In this document: piece by piece, positions 12,884-26,982 of the stretch
How positions within the stretch are numbered: position 1 is the stretch's first letter
How the letters are laid out: each line of letters begins with the position of its first letter
DNA from: Eledone cirrhosa
Taxonomy: Eukaryota
Reading direction: 5' to 3'
Assembly: GCA_964016885.1 (NCBI GenBank)
Contig: OZ024741.1
Span: 307,954,001 to 308,018,000, forward strand
Length of the DNA stretch: 64,000 bases
Translations under genes and position numbers: made by a program
The notes under the pieces: model-generated
Told to the model about the DNA's origin: nothing
Database searches by the model: none
Seen by the model: the letters and a program-made list of their open reading frames with translations, nothing else

Positions 12884-13379
12884 TAAAAGGAAAAGAAAAT
12901 GCTGACAAATTGTTCCCAGTGAAAAATAGTTTAATTAGGAATAAGGAAAAATTAGTTATTCTTTTATATATATATTTCAAGTTGATAAAAATAATACCAG
13001 TCAAATAATGGGTTCGATTTTTCCTCTAATATCTCTTTCTCACTTCTGTTTTTTCACTCTATCCTTCTCTGGAAGAAATCTGCTGTATTCAGATCTGGAG
13101 AGGTAATGGGTTCCGCCAGTTTAACAGAAAAATGCCCTAGTAACGCCGTATCTTGATAAGGCGCGCCTACGACTCTTTCATGAGTTAGGGGACCATACAG
13201 ACATGCATATGAGTCGCAAGTAATGGAATATCACTAAGTGCATTGTTATACAGTATAGGGGATTAATGACATGTGTTGATATTGTAACTTGTGGAGATCA
13301 TAGAGATTGGCAGTTTCTCCGTGTGACTGAGAACGGAGGAGTGAAATCGAGAGAGTTTAATTCCTCCTGGTAAATAGTT

Positions 13380-13890
13380 AACAATTGATCCATTGTATTA
13401 GATTGTGGTATAATCTTTGACTGTTCAGTAGGAGCTTATTAAAGTCGTTACGTATGGTCATATTTTGCATGTTGTTGTATATAAAGCTTTTTACAGTTAT
13501 GCATAACCCGCAAACATTTTAACAATTCTTGTATGTTCTACAAGGTCAATTTTAGTAACATATTCTTTCAAACGAAGGACACAATCTGATAATGTAGTTA
13601 CGTTTCTTCTTTCTATATAATTACAGGAAAACCTATGGTTGCAGTATGTTTGCTTAAATGTATAGTCTTTTACACCTGCATAGTATTTACAGATGATATT
13701 TAGGTTTAGTTCGGTGGTGGTGACGTGTTTCTTCTATTTATTGACTTGTATATGTAATTGTTTGATTTAGGAGGAATGTATTTCGATTTTTATAAGTGTT
13801 TTATAGCCTCGTTCATTGCGTTGGTAGTTGGTTTGATTGATAATAAGCTTTATACTGATAGTGTGGTTGATTTTCAAGAGAACATGCTAT
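13380..13890 (-). pseudogene. Decayed PLE GIY-YIG endonuclease (second PLE lineage)
   Basis: Minus-strand translation KYYAGVKDYTFKQTYCNHRFSCNYIERRNVTTLSDCVLRLKE resembles the PLE pattern YIG...FKQRY.NH..SF...T.LS..VW.LK. Stops and frameshifts are present. Confidence 0.6.
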
Positions 13891-13926
13891 CTCTCTTTCT
13901 TTCTCATTCTCTTTCTCTCTCTCTCA

Positions 13927-13975
<49 letters not shown>

Positions 13976-14269
13976 GAGAGAGAGGGGGCGAAAGAGAGAG
14001 AGAGAGGGGGAACGAAAAAGAGAGAGAGAGTGAGAGAGAGCGAGAGAGAGAGAGAAAGCAAGAGCAAGAGAGAGAGATAGGGGAAGCGAGAGAAAGAAAG
14101 AGACAGAGAGGGAGAGGGAGAGAGAGAGAGAGTGAGAGAGAGAGAGATGTAGAAAAAACACAGAAGCCTATTTAAGTCGATTGTACAGATGACAAATTTC
14201 TTGTGTGTAGTCGACTAATTTGAATTGTAGCAGCTTATGCTAACATAATCTACTTCCCTTCAACATACC

Positions 14270-14876
14270 CTGTCTAATACAATCTGGATAACCCGATTGC
14301 GTTTGCCTATGACCGCATTGGCACATTCTGTAAATCCAGTCAGTAATTGTCAAACAATTGGAAATGTCTGAACAGGTTTGCGAGGCTTTTACGCCCTCCT
14401 CCCCTATCTGTTAGCCCAAGACAATCCCAGTGTTCGTTTAAGATACCGCGCCAGTCGTCCACTAACAATTAAAAGCGGGACGTTCCTAGAAAGGCCTCGA
14501 GGCGCCTGAAGAAATCAGGCTATTCTTCCCCAGTCGGAGCGTAGGCAATTACTAGCCTGAAAGCATACTCTTCAGTGATGGTCACGTCCAACACCACCAA
14601 TTTACCTTCTGGATCTAGGAAGATGTTCCGTATAGTGAGATTCAAGCCTTTCTCAAACAACACACCGAACCTGCCACCAGTTTCTGGACGACTTAGCGAT
14701 GCGTACACCTCAAAGACGCCGAAAATAGGTTCGATTGCTTGTGTCCCGGAAATTTTGGTTTAGTTGATGGTCATCACATCTATGTTCACTGACCTGAGGT
14801 CGTAGAGCAGGTGGTCCTGCTTCTAAGACAACTCCATTCCACGTGCATTTATACTATTTATTCTGAGTAAGGCCAT
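14270..14876 (-). pseudogene. LINE (L1/Tx1-like) ORF2 AP-endonuclease fragment
   Basis: MALLRINSINARGM...DLRSVNIDVMTIN*TK...GVLFEKGL...DPEGKLVVLDV...FRLVIAYAP...LLVDDW matches the APE motifs NxRG, QETK, YAP and GDWN. In-frame stops are present. Confidence 0.75.
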
Positions 14877-15339
14877 GTTAGACAAAGAATTAGAAAAGTA
14901 AGAAAGGGTTGCTTACGTTATTCGTGTGGAAGATCCATATCCCCGGTCAATTGAGGGTGCCTCCACAAGGATGTCGATGTATATCCGTTTGGATAAAGTG
15001 GTTCGGAAGTCCCGAGTTGCATTGGAGATTTTTTCTTTTGATTTAGTGTTTCTTGTTTGATATGTATGAGAGGGCACATGCTCTAGCAGTCAGGATGACC
15101 ATGGCTATTTGTGGGCTTTCTCCACGAGTGACCCTCGGAAGTCGTCTCATATTGAGGGATATGTTTTGTTGGAAATTCTTTACGTTTGCGTTTTTGTTTA
15201 ACTTTTATATTTCGTAAAACCACATATTTTGCTATCATGTGCTCTTTTTAATGGTTACTTAACGTGGACCCTATGGGGCTAATAAAGCAACTATTAGGGA
15301 AACGCTAGTTGTCGACGAAAGCCAACTAGCTATTATTTT

Positions 15340-16125
15340 CTGTAGGACTTTCGTTCCAGGGCAAATGGATAACTTCCAGAAATCCCTGGCCTGGTGGTGT
15401 TACCAGGGAGCATTGCCTGTTCGAGATGAACTTTACAGGCATGAAAATGCCGTCAGCCTGGCCTGTCCGAGATGCGCGCGGGGCGATGAGACCGTCCTGC
15501 ACGCACTCGTCCAGTGTCCGAGTATCGCTGACTTGTGGGTCTATGTCAAACATCTGCTGTTGCATGTAGGACGGATCCGCTTATCAGTTGAGTCCATCAT
15601 GAAGATTGACCCACCGCCCTCCTTTTATCAGGAAGGGCAAACAGTTTGTATCTGCCTGGTGAAAGAGGTCGTATGGTGGACGGACCTGAAAGGTTTGAAG
15701 ACGGCGCCTTTCCTCTTCGGCGACGCTCTCATTAACTTTTTCAGGTTTCACCCGAAAAGGAAAATAAGGGTAGCGAAGGAAGTGCTGCTTTACAGCCAAT
15801 TTGTTGAAAAAGTGGGTGAGAGAGGCAAGAATGACCAGAGTTAATGGGCCTATCCAGAGAGTTTTCCTGTAGTACTGAAGGAGGATAACTGAGAAAGGGC
15901 ACTTGTCCTACCGGTCAGGGTGACCGTGGCTTTTGTGGCCTTTCCACGATTAACACTTGGAATTTCCTCACGTTTGGAAATTTGTTGTTTGTTTTTTTTA
16001 ATGTTTATTTTCTTGATTTCTCTTACAAATGTTATTTTACACAAAAAAACACACTGTATAGTCCTGTACCGTCTTTAACCTTTCCTTAATGTGAACCCTG
16101 TGTGGCTAATAATGAAATCATTATT
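15340..16125 (+). mobile_element. LINE 3' fragment: C-terminal CCHC zinc knuckle plus 3' UTR
   Basis: LPVRDELYRH...CPRCARGDETVLHALVQCP. It ends in CCCTGTGTGGCTAATAATGAAATCATTATT; similar termini occur at about 15270-15295 and 56820-56850. Confidence 0.75.
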
Positions 16126-16134
16126 GATTATCAC

Positions 16135-16335
16135 TATTCGATTGGCAGAATCGGTAGAATGTCGGACAGCCTGCTTCGCGGTATAGAGTTGCGGCCCTTT
16201 ATATTCTGAGTTCAAATCCCGCCGAAGTTAACTTTGCCTTTCATCCTTACTGTCACGCATTGGGGTCGAATTAATCGACTTTCCACTCCCGGCCAAATTG
16301 CTGGCCTTGTGCTTATAGTAGAAATCATTATTATT
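16135..16335 (+). mobile_element. tRNA-derived SINE (main family)
   Basis: A-box-like TGGCAGAATCGG, B-box-like GAGTTCAAATC, and the 3' end AAATTGCTGGCCTTGTGC..ATAGTAGAAATCATTATT. Confidence 0.85.
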
Positions 16336-16868
16336 ATCAATATTTTTATTACTATTACATTTTCGGTTCCCTGGGCTCCAGAATTACGGGCCTGTAAAGA
16401 TAAAGAGCTTGGTCAGCCCCACCAGTCACACCAGTCACACCAAGCACACAAAACACACCTACCCAGCACTTAATACGAAAACTGAGATCGCTGACACATT
16501 CTCAAAAGCACAACAGAAGGCTTTTAGTGTTGCAGGGGGGATAGAGGTGTGTAGACAAGATAGATGGGAGGGTACAGCACCGGTGGATGGAGTGAGCTAG
16601 ACAAAAGGATGGGGTGATGTAGACGTTTGCTTAGGAAGGTCGTAGAATGGATGGGTAGGGAGATGGTTTACTATATGTGTAGAGAGACGGGTAGATGGAA
16701 AAGTAACATGGGTAGCTAGGTCGGTGGGTAATGTCCTTCATACAACCATCGACAACAACAGCTCTATTGTTGATGGTAGCTGCTTGTTGCTACTTCATTG
16801 TTTTTCATATTGTGGCAGTAGTAGTAGTAGTGGTACTAGTAGTAGTAGTAGTAGCAGTAGTAGAATTT

Positions 16869-16901
<33 letters not shown>

Positions 16902-17719
16902 TTTGTTGTAGCACTAGTAGTAGTAGTTGTAGAGTGTATACGTTTGCGTTGTGTATCTGTGTATTTATGCTATATGTATGAATAGACACACTCACACACA
17001 TACACACACACATACACACATACACACACGCGCGCACATACACACACACACACACAAACGCACACGCACACACACACAGACGTGCACACACACACACACA
17101 CACTTACACACACACACACAGACGCACACACAGAGACACAGACACACACACACACAGACACACACACACACGCACAAGAGTATTATCAGTGTGTGCACAA
17201 ACAATCCACGACACATCATTACTACCATCTTCTTTTAAAACATATGTAAAAATACAAACATAAAGAAAACAAAATCCAACAAGGAAAAAAACGTGAATAA
17301 AAGCAATTAAAAACATCAAAAACAAAGTCCATTGCAAACAAAAAATAAGAAATTGGGGTTGCTCTCTTCCCTACCCTCACCATTTTGTCGTCTTTGTTAC
17401 CGTCTTTTCTATATAAATCCCCCGTTTAGTCCCTTCTTTTGTCAATGATAATCCCTCCAATTTACTATTGTACTGCCTTCTTTAACTTTTATCTCCTAGC
17501 TTGTCTAACGTCATCTCTTTAGTTACTTGTGGCGAAAGAGAGCGATACTGATACAGTAAGGTATATAGTGAGTTAAAATGGAGAATAAATGAGCAAAGGG
17601 TCCACAAGGAGAGGTTGGAAATAGAAAGTGTGAAAAAATAAACGGGTGTAAAATAGTGATGAGGAGAAACATAGAAAAAATTAGGATATATGGATATATA
17701 TATATCCATATATATGTAT

Positions 17720-18292
17720 GGTGGCTGCCAACTCGTTTTCTAGTACGGCCACTACTTTATATCCATGTAGGAGAACCCCTACCGATACGCTGAACGAGTG
17801 TGACTTTTTAGTCCAGTTAGCGACTTGAAAACTCTGGTACAAACACTACACTTGTGACAATTATTGACACATAGTGCTGGGCCCATGGTACCATGTGACG
17901 TCAAGTGCAGAGAGATCTCCAGATATAAAGCAATGCCTGTGCCGTGAAGCTTTTATAGTGAGCAAAGGCACTGCACAAAGCCAGTCCCACTCTCTTAACC
18001 AAGATGATATTTACCAAAAAGAAGAACAAGTCAACATCATTGGATACCATCAAGGTTGCAGGTGTTATATCAGAGTTTTCCTTCTCCTAGAATTCTGCCT
18101 TGACAAAGGCTAAGGGGTCATCTCTCCCGGTGATTTTGGATGGCCATTGACTCTTAAGAGCTCCTTTGCCCTTTGACAGGTTTTGTTTTTAGTCCTGCAG
18201 GATGTCCAAAGTCCTCCTCCTCACCAAGAAACCTTGGTGGGGTTGCCAGTTTAGTCGCCAACGACCCGACCATGAGACAGGTTGTACTGGGA
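17720..18292 (-). mobile_element. About 600-bp young non-autonomous retroposon-like family; other copies at 45727-46332 (+), 57825-58212 (+), and diverged at about 23630-23810 (-) and 61525-61800 (+)
   Basis: Copies are near-identical (the same ORF-track peptide MLGPWYHV..SAERSPDIKQ appears three times). It contains CTAGGAGAAGGAAAACTCTGA, which resembles RTE-clade 5' UTRs. It is flanked by TA/TATG tracts. Strand assignment is inferred. Confidence 0.8.
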
Positions 18293-18475
18293 TATATATA
18301 TATGTATACATACATATATACATACACACACAGACTCTCTCACAAACACATTTATATTAATACTTATATATATATGTGTGCTTATATATATATATATGGG
18401 CGTGTGTATGTGTGTGTGAGTATATATATGTCTGCGTGTGTATATATATATATATATATACATACATATGTATAC

Positions 18476-18595
<120 letters not shown>

Positions 18596-18939
18596 AGATC
18601 AACACCTAAATTCTAGATACATACATCTAAAACAGAGGCAAAGTAATCACCAAATGTCTCAATACGTAAATAATACACCCAGAAAACAAAACCAACAATC
18701 AACAAAACTTATAAATAATACACTCAGTAAAACAAAATCAATTACAAACTAAATGTCTATACTAGATCCAAGACATCATTCATATTTTTTTACTCATACT
18801 CTGTAAACGCAACCACCAACCCGCATTAAATACCAACATGTTGGAGACCGACTCTTTCAAGCTGCAGCTGCCATATTATGCAGTTTCTGTTTAATAATAA
18901 GCAATAAACAATACTTATGATTATCTACAGCGGCTGCCA

Positions 18940-19600
18940 CACTACTGCGTAATAATCTACACCAATCAGACCCATTCCCCTGACTAACAAACCCGTTCTA
19001 TGGGCGTTGAATATTAGTTCATCTTCCATGCTGCTGATGTATACAAAAGTACAAGAAAAGTCTAAAGAATTATTAAGAAGGTTCCTAAAAATAGAGTGAT
19101 AAAAATCTACAATATCAAACTGTTTGAATTTGGTCCTGTTCTTAGAGGGGATGTCCGTGAACCAGGACATGACAGTATTATTCCCCAGTGAGAGATTGAT
19201 GTTTTTAATACAAGTGTTGATGTCTATTAAATTGTTTTTAATAGCTAGTCCTTACTATCTCCTTGCAGGGTTTATCAATCTACAGTTAGGCTCATTTGTG
19301 AAATCAGGTTTGTGATCCTTCAGGGAAATGAAGCAACACATTCTGCTAAGCGTTCTAGTTTATTGTCTATTTTAAAATGTCTGGCAATATCGTTGGCCTC
19401 ATCATTAACCATGTTATAGGTGTTAGCGTTGGCCTTCAGGTATGTATTTGTTATGTTATTAAGGATAAGGTGGTTATATTTCTCTTTATCACTTCATATA
19501 AAGTTTTTGTTTTGCCCGAAAAGACAAAGAAATTATTAGACGATTTGAATTTTTTAACATCTTTTACAAGTGAAGGTTGTAAGAATTATAGTACTTACGA
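18940..19600 (-). pseudogene. Decayed PLE reverse transcriptase N-terminal fragment
   Basis: Minus strand [24 protein letters not shown]...VMSWFTDIPSKNRTKFKQFDIVDFYHSI...LLNNSLDF matches the PLE RT pattern FITLKDHK..F...P.CRLINPAK...F.QFDIVEFYPSI. Confidence 0.8.
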
Positions 19601-19759
19601 AACTCGATATTGGAGTCTAAATCTAACAGGTCAGCTTCTAACGGGGCTAAGTCCTTAACTCTGAAGGAGGGGAACTTAATTGAATTTTTGGCGGCAGTTA
19701 ATTTCAACTACTTAATTATATTTCTGGTAATATTGTAGAAATATGACCCTTCCCAAATA

Positions 19760-19838
<79 letters not shown>

Positions 19839-19997
19839 GTGTGTGTGTGTGTGTATAGTATTTCGCTTCAAGCATAGCTTTATACAAATATGTATAGAAA
19901 TTTCGTATTTATAAAGAAACACGGTTTTAGGAAGCGTAGTTATGCAAACACCGGGGCTAACGCCCTCTGGTGGTGTCCAGCAGAAGCAAGGGGGACA

Positions 19998-20041
19998 ACC
20001 GTCTATGCATTTCAGGCTTCACTGGCCTTCGTCAGGACGGT
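19998..20041 (-). ncRNA. Intact minimal type I hammerhead ribozyme motif
   Basis: Minus strand ACCGTC-CTGACGA-AGGC(CAGTGAA)GCCT-GAAA-TGCA-TA-GACGGT: 6-bp stem I, 4-bp stem II, palindromic loop III. Confidence 0.85.
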
Positions 20042-20098
20042 CCCTCCCACCGCTTGCTACTGCTGGACTTGAAAACTTGAAAACAATATATATATGCA

Positions 20099-20333
20099 TA
20101 AATAGTTACAAAGCGACATGTACAGGTATTTAAGTTTCGTCGGATAATTCACCCCACCTCATTCAGCCTGACATAAATAAGGAGGAATCTATATTTATAT
20201 GTGAGGCTGAATGGGGTGGGGCTGAATAACCCAACGAAACTTAACTCCTTGTACATATTTATGATGTAAACAATTATACTTAAATCATCCTATGGACTGA
20301 GAGAGCTTACTTAGATATTTATACCAAATTTGT

Positions 20334-20340
<7 letters not shown>
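20099..20340. mobile_element. Aged fold-back element (arms about 20099-20179 and 20192-20278, tail to the (TA)n at 20341)
   Basis: TTAAGTTTCGTCGG..ATTCACCCCACCTCATTCAGCCT is imperfectly complementary to AGGCTGAATGGGGTGGGGCTGAAT..CCAACGAAACTTAA. Confidence 0.7.
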
Positions 20341-20394
<54 letters not shown>

Positions 20395-20513
20395 AATGCG
20401 TATGTATGCGTGTATATGTGCGTATGTATGTGTATGTATGATTGTGTGTATATACGTATGATTGTGTGTATGTATGTATGTGTATGTATATATGTATGTA
20501 TATGTATGTGTAT

Positions 20514-20547
<34 letters not shown>

Positions 20548-20678
20548 ATATATATGTATGTGTGTGTATGTATGTATATATATGTTTATGTATATATATA
20601 TATATGCACGTATATGTGTGTGTGTGTGTGTGTATGTATGTGTATATGTATGTGTATGTATATATATACACATATATA

Positions 20679-20711
<33 letters not shown>

Positions 20712-20962
20712 GTGTATGTATATATATATGTGTATGTATATAATTGTGTGTGTATGTGTGTGTGTGTTTGCATGTGTGTTTTTATTTTTCCTTTCCTTCT
20801 TCCTTTTCCAGCCTCACTTTCATATAAATTATATTTTTCTTTTTAAAATCCAACGCCAATAAATACACCAGAATTTTTTCATTCTGATGATTGAAAGCAA
20901 CATTTTTTTGCTTTTAAGAAACCACTGGTAAATGAAATAATTGCCTTATGTTGTTTATTACA

Positions 20963-21049
<87 letters not shown>

Positions 21050-21236
21050 GGTGGTTGAAAATCACGACCGCCAAGAAATTCAACATTAATTCAATCAGGG
21101 TGTCAGACGTTTTTAATTTTGTGTTTATCCTGGATGAAAATGTATTAACTTTTTGTAACATGGAGTGTTTTATGACCGCCTCAAACAATTCGATTCGCAT
21201 CTGCTCTACTGCGGCTACAATTTCAATTTAATATGT

Positions 21237-21323
<87 letters not shown>

Positions 21324-22318
21324 TATATGTATGTGTGTGTCTGTGTAAACGGAACTGCCGAGTCATGAAATGAATGCGTAAAAGCTAGAGAATTCTACAG
21401 ACTCGTGTAATCTTAACATAATTATCAAGGTGATTCTGCATAATACAGTGTGTGACAAAGCAGTTTCTGTTTAGCCGGCCTCGCTCAAAAGGCATGGGTT
21501 GACTCGAGGCAATAAAACATATGTCCAAGATGCATGGTAGCCTGATCGAACCCGCGACACAAGGATTACAAAGCGAAATTCTTAAACATTCGGCCAGGAT
21601 GCGTTTGTATTATGTCTCTGTAATATATGTATTCACGCACACACGCGTGCACACATGTTCATACATTTACATACATACACGCACACATTGAAGAGAAACA
21701 GAGAGAGGGTGGCACAGAGAGAGGAGGAGATATATATATATAGAGACAGATAGGTAGGGAGAAAGGGGGAGAATGATATATATATATATATAGACAAAGG
21801 GATAGACAGGCAGACAGTCAGACAGATAGATAGATAGATAGATAGAGAGATAGATAGGGAGAGAGGGGGAAATGAGAGATATATAGATAGACAAAGAGAT
21901 AGACAGACAGTCAGACAGACAGACAGATAGATAGATAAATAAAAAGAGAATTAAGAAAGCGATATGCAAGAACAAAGTAGGGTACGTTGTGTCTGATGGT
22001 GGTGTTGGTGGCGGTGGTGGTGGTGGTGGCGAGATTAAAGGTTATCTGAAGGCTAATACACGTGTTATGGAGGCTAGCTTTACTTGTTGGTCTTTGTTGG
22101 GTGTAGGAAAAAGCGGTGTATTAATACAGGTGACTTGTAAAGCCGTCTTTCAGCTGGATGGACACAGGCAAGATGAAATAAATAACAGCTCTTTGCTTGA
22201 TTGAGGACACCTTCCTCATATAACGAACATGATACAGCTTACATTCACACAGCACCACACACATCACACACATCAGAATACACAGTCAACTATGCATGCA
22301 TACAGGCATGTTATGAGT

Positions 22319-22366
<48 letters not shown>

Positions 22367-22391
22367 GCATATATATATATATACGTATGTA

Positions 22392-22488
<97 letters not shown>

Positions 22489-22675
22489 TACCATACAAAC
22501 ATACAAACACACGCGTACATTTGGAGTGTGTATGCTTATTGGAAATCTCAAGAGCAATTAGTAACATAAACTGACAAAGCACTAGATACAGATGTAAAGT
22601 CTAAATATTTTATTAGTAAGACATGGAGGGTGAACGTGACTTGGCAAACGACTAATACAATTTAAAGAAAAAAAT

Positions 22676-22774
<99 letters not shown>

Positions 22775-22798
22775 GGGGGAGAGTGGGAGAGAGAGAGA

Positions 22799-22930
22799 AA
22801 TGTATGAACTCAGCCGCGACGACAAACAATTCCGGCTTGTGTTCAGCAAGCCTTTTCAACCTTGAAAAGGTCTGCTGAACACAAGCCGAAACCGCTTGGC
22901 GTCAAGGCCTGTATCTTTTCATGCATTGAG
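22799..22930. repeat. Fold-back hairpin (core 22833-22888) followed by GAAACCGCTT
   Basis: CGGCTTGTGTTCAGCA.GCCTTTTCAA-CC-TTGAAAAGG.CTGCTGAACACAAGCCG, with decayed outer arms. Confidence 0.7.
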
Positions 22931-22992
22931 TACTCCCATGATTTCTGGTGTCCCCGGATTCAGCACCGCAGATTCTCTCCTCTATCTCCCCC

Positions 22993-23048
<56 letters not shown>

Positions 23049-25326
23049 ATATACTTCTCTCTACAATAAATATTTGGCATCAAATGGCAAATATATGGTC
23101 TTCTTGAGCCATCCCGCTATTTCGAAGGGGAAGCATTCATTTTGCTTTTTCTATTGGCTAGAATATTTGCGATCCGTCACAATTGCTTAATCTTGGATTT
23201 TCCCGCTAACTGCGAAGCCACTAGTGTTCACGGCATCGAAGTCATGTAATTAAACTGATGATCGTAGCATGAGTCAATGCTTACTATGAGACAAGCAGGT
23301 TTATTATCGAGACTTACTCCTTTAAATCCGACCTGTTCTACTAGACTATCCCTTCATATCAGAGGCACCTTGTGTAGGATGTGGCTTTTCCACATGCATG
23401 TCGGTCTTCAAACTGAGAAAGGCTAGGTGCTCAGCTGGAATGAGCATATATTGCGTGTCATCAGTTCATTAAGTGGCATGTTGAACAGACACTTGGACAC
23501 ACGAGAATGCCACAAAAGACCATCCAGTGTCAACCAGTGAAAATTACTACAGCTCTGCACACTCTTAAATTACTATATACATATTTACACACCCACACAA
23601 TATACACCGATGTACACACTATTCATTAGCTTTTGACTCATGAGTTCCTTCGCATTTTGTCAGGTTTTGTTTTTCATCCGGCAGCGTGTCCAAGATCACC
23701 TTCCTCACCAAGCAAACTTGGTGGGGTTGCCGGTTTAGTCACCGACGACCCGAATAGGTGACAGGTTGTATTGGGTTTCTTGTTACCAGTGTCACTCAAG
23801 AGTGACCTGGCTGTGTGAAAGTTGTGGTAAGACTTCCATTTTGGTATATTTCCAAAGTTCACAGTGTTTCTGTTACCAAGGTGAATAAATTAGTGTTTAG
23901 TGACAAGAATATGCATGGATAGTGTCTGTGTGTCTCTCTGTCTCTGAATGAGGGGTAGATGTTACATGGCAGTTATGCGTTGTGAATGCAGAGGTTATGT
24001 GAAGACTGGAGAGGAATGAGTTGAGCAGGCTGTTAAATGTGTATTGTTAAGTGTGCATGAATGAACATGGATGATCTGAGACAAGAGGAATACTGTGAGC
24101 AGGAGAGATTACACTGATATGGACATGTTATGCATATCGATAATGATTGTTAGGGGAAGAAGGGCCAAGCTTTCCAATAGGAAGGAAGCCATGAAATTTA
24201 AAAAAAGGGGAAAAATGCTAAAAAAAGCAAAAACATAAAAAGCAGAGGTGGCGATGTGAAAGCTATTCTCAGACTGCTGAGTCTCACAAAGGAAATGGCA
24301 AAGAAATGAACTAAGTGGAGATGTGCATAGAAAAATAGACGTAAGATTAATGATGTTGACCATGATGTCGATGATGATGATGGGGTATTTATTTTTTACT
24401 TCGGATCAAATCCAGTAAATTTAACCCTTTGCTGTAGGAAGAGGTAGTGAAAGCTGACCTCAGGAAAACTTACTTCACAAAGGATATTATAAAGAAATAA
24501 CAGCAGTTGAAAATGGAAGGAAGCTATAGAAGAGGAAGATCAATTAAGATCTGAGCAGAACTGGTGAAAGCTGGTCTTAGGTAAATGAACTTTACAAAGG
24601 AGATGACAATTGAAGAGATGCTGTAGTAGTATGTTCGAGGTAGAAGCGGTCTTCTTCTTATCGTATGACATGCACAATAGTTAAAGAGGAAGGTATAGAC
24701 CGGCGAGCCAGACCACGGCGTCATTTGCAGGATTATAGATTGCCTCCAGGCCACCGTGAAATCCTCAGAAGGGGTAATCCCGAACAATATGCAGTACTGT
24801 CTAGTCAGGGTCCTCACAGTTATGTGCTGAGCTGTCTTTCATTTCCCATCAATGGATATGATGGGCTGTCATGACATGTGTTGTGCGGCTCCTATTAAGG
24901 GACCCCCATTGCTTTCTGGGAGGGTTAAAGTCGGCTGGTTTATATGTGGGGTCCTGGATGGGGTCTTGGTTAGCAAAACTGGATTCTTTCTATGATCTTC
25001 GCTATTCTTCTTTCAGATTGAAGTTATTTTTCTGAAGGGTCTTATTTGGTTCCTAGAATGGCTTGCGTGATTTCAAGCGCCTGTTGGCAAGGTTTTCCAG
25101 GTCTGGCTTGAAAATTGTAAGTAGTGCTGAAAAGCTGATTTAGGTAATTTTAAAAACAAAAGAAATAAATGAAGGGGGGCTGCACTGGAGAAGACTTGTC
25201 CAACCCATTGAAGCATGGAAAACACATAGGAATAAGGACGATGATAAGGATATAAGTGATTTTTAACTTTGGGGTAAATCCAAAAATTTAACCCTTTTAA
25301 CGTAGACAGGGGTGACCCTTTTGATA

Positions 25327-25662
<336 letters not shown>

Positions 25663-26059
25663 GAAAACGAAAAAATCAGTGATGCATCTGAACTCAATTT
25701 ATTGTGTGTTACAATTGTTTCGCCGGCGGACAGCTCGAGACACGATCATTATGTGGACTTGTCTGATTCTGGACCCGCAAGTTCGACGGACACGTCTAAT
25801 GATTTCGGAGCATATATATATACATATAGAAAATCTTTTACAAAGTTAACGACGGGTAGATTCCAAATAATGCATGCTGGATCGACCATAGACGTGTTCC
25901 GTTTACTAAGAAGTAAATATTATTTATATCTTCAAAGAAGCTCTCTGAAGAAATTGAATGTCTTCGGTATTGTCTGTTTTATGTATTTAAATGGCCAATA
26001 CTGTCTTATCAGTTGAAACCGCAGTTGAAACGATTTTATTTTAGGGTACTTTACTCAGT

Positions 26060-26185
26060 GAAGGCATGTGGCTGAGTGGTTAGAGTATTGGATTGGATTC
26101 GCAATCAGTAGGTTGTGAGTTCGATTCCCAGACCGGGCGATGCGCTTTGTTCTTGAGCAAGACACTTTATTTCACGTTGCTCCCT
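26060..26185 (+). mobile_element. tRNA-derived SINE, second family (5' part)
   Basis: A box TGGCTGAGTGG, B box GAGTTCGATTCC, then TGTTCTTGAGCAAGACACTTTATTTCACGTTGCTCC, shared with 34330-34620. Confidence 0.75.
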
Positions 26186-26297
26186 CAGCCTGGAGTTGCG
26201 ACCGATAGATAGTATTAGCAATTGGTAAGACCAATGGAGACATTGTTTCCTCGGTCCGATTTGACCAAAGTCGATCGTTCTTTTTTTTGTAAAAGTC

Positions 26298-26361
<64 letters not shown>

Positions 26362-26382
26362 CAGAGTATATATATATATATA

Positions 26383-26723
26383 TAGGTTGTCCCCAAAAAA
26401 TGTATACACACTTTGATTACCTGTATAGGCAATATTTATTAGAATGCATAGCCTTTCCCAAAAATAAAATGATCTCCAAACGTAATTTAATTGTATAAAA
26501 ACATCAAAAGATGTTTGCATAATTTAAATAATTGTTTCTAGTTTTGGCATAGGGCCAGCAATTATCCCAGTGCATTACTGGTACTTTATTTTATCGACCC
26601 CGTAAGGATGAAAGGCAAAGTTAACCACGGCGGTTATGCATAATTTAAATAATGCATATAAAACAATTTATTTCAATGCATATATAAAGATTGAAGTGTG
26701 TATACATTTTGGGGGACAGCCTG
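26383..26723. mobile_element. Tc1/mariner-type MITE with a nested SINE fragment (about 26533-26636)
   Basis: Terminal inverted repeats AGGTTGTCCCCAAAAAATGTATACACACTT / AAGTGTGTATACATTTTGGGGGACAGCCTG in a TA context. The SINE is flanked by a 17-bp duplication TGCATAATTTAAATAAT. Confidence 0.75.
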
Positions 26724-26751
26724 TATATGTATCTATCTATCTATCTCACTC

Positions 26752-26821
<70 letters not shown>

Positions 26822-26828
26822 TATATAT

Positions 26829-26882
<54 letters not shown>

Positions 26883-26899
26883 GCATATATATATATACA

Positions 26900-26982
<83 letters not shown>

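Noticed and set aside
24400-25110. Possible LINE ORF1 relic on the minus strand
   Set aside because: Too decayed to identify motifs reliably by eye.
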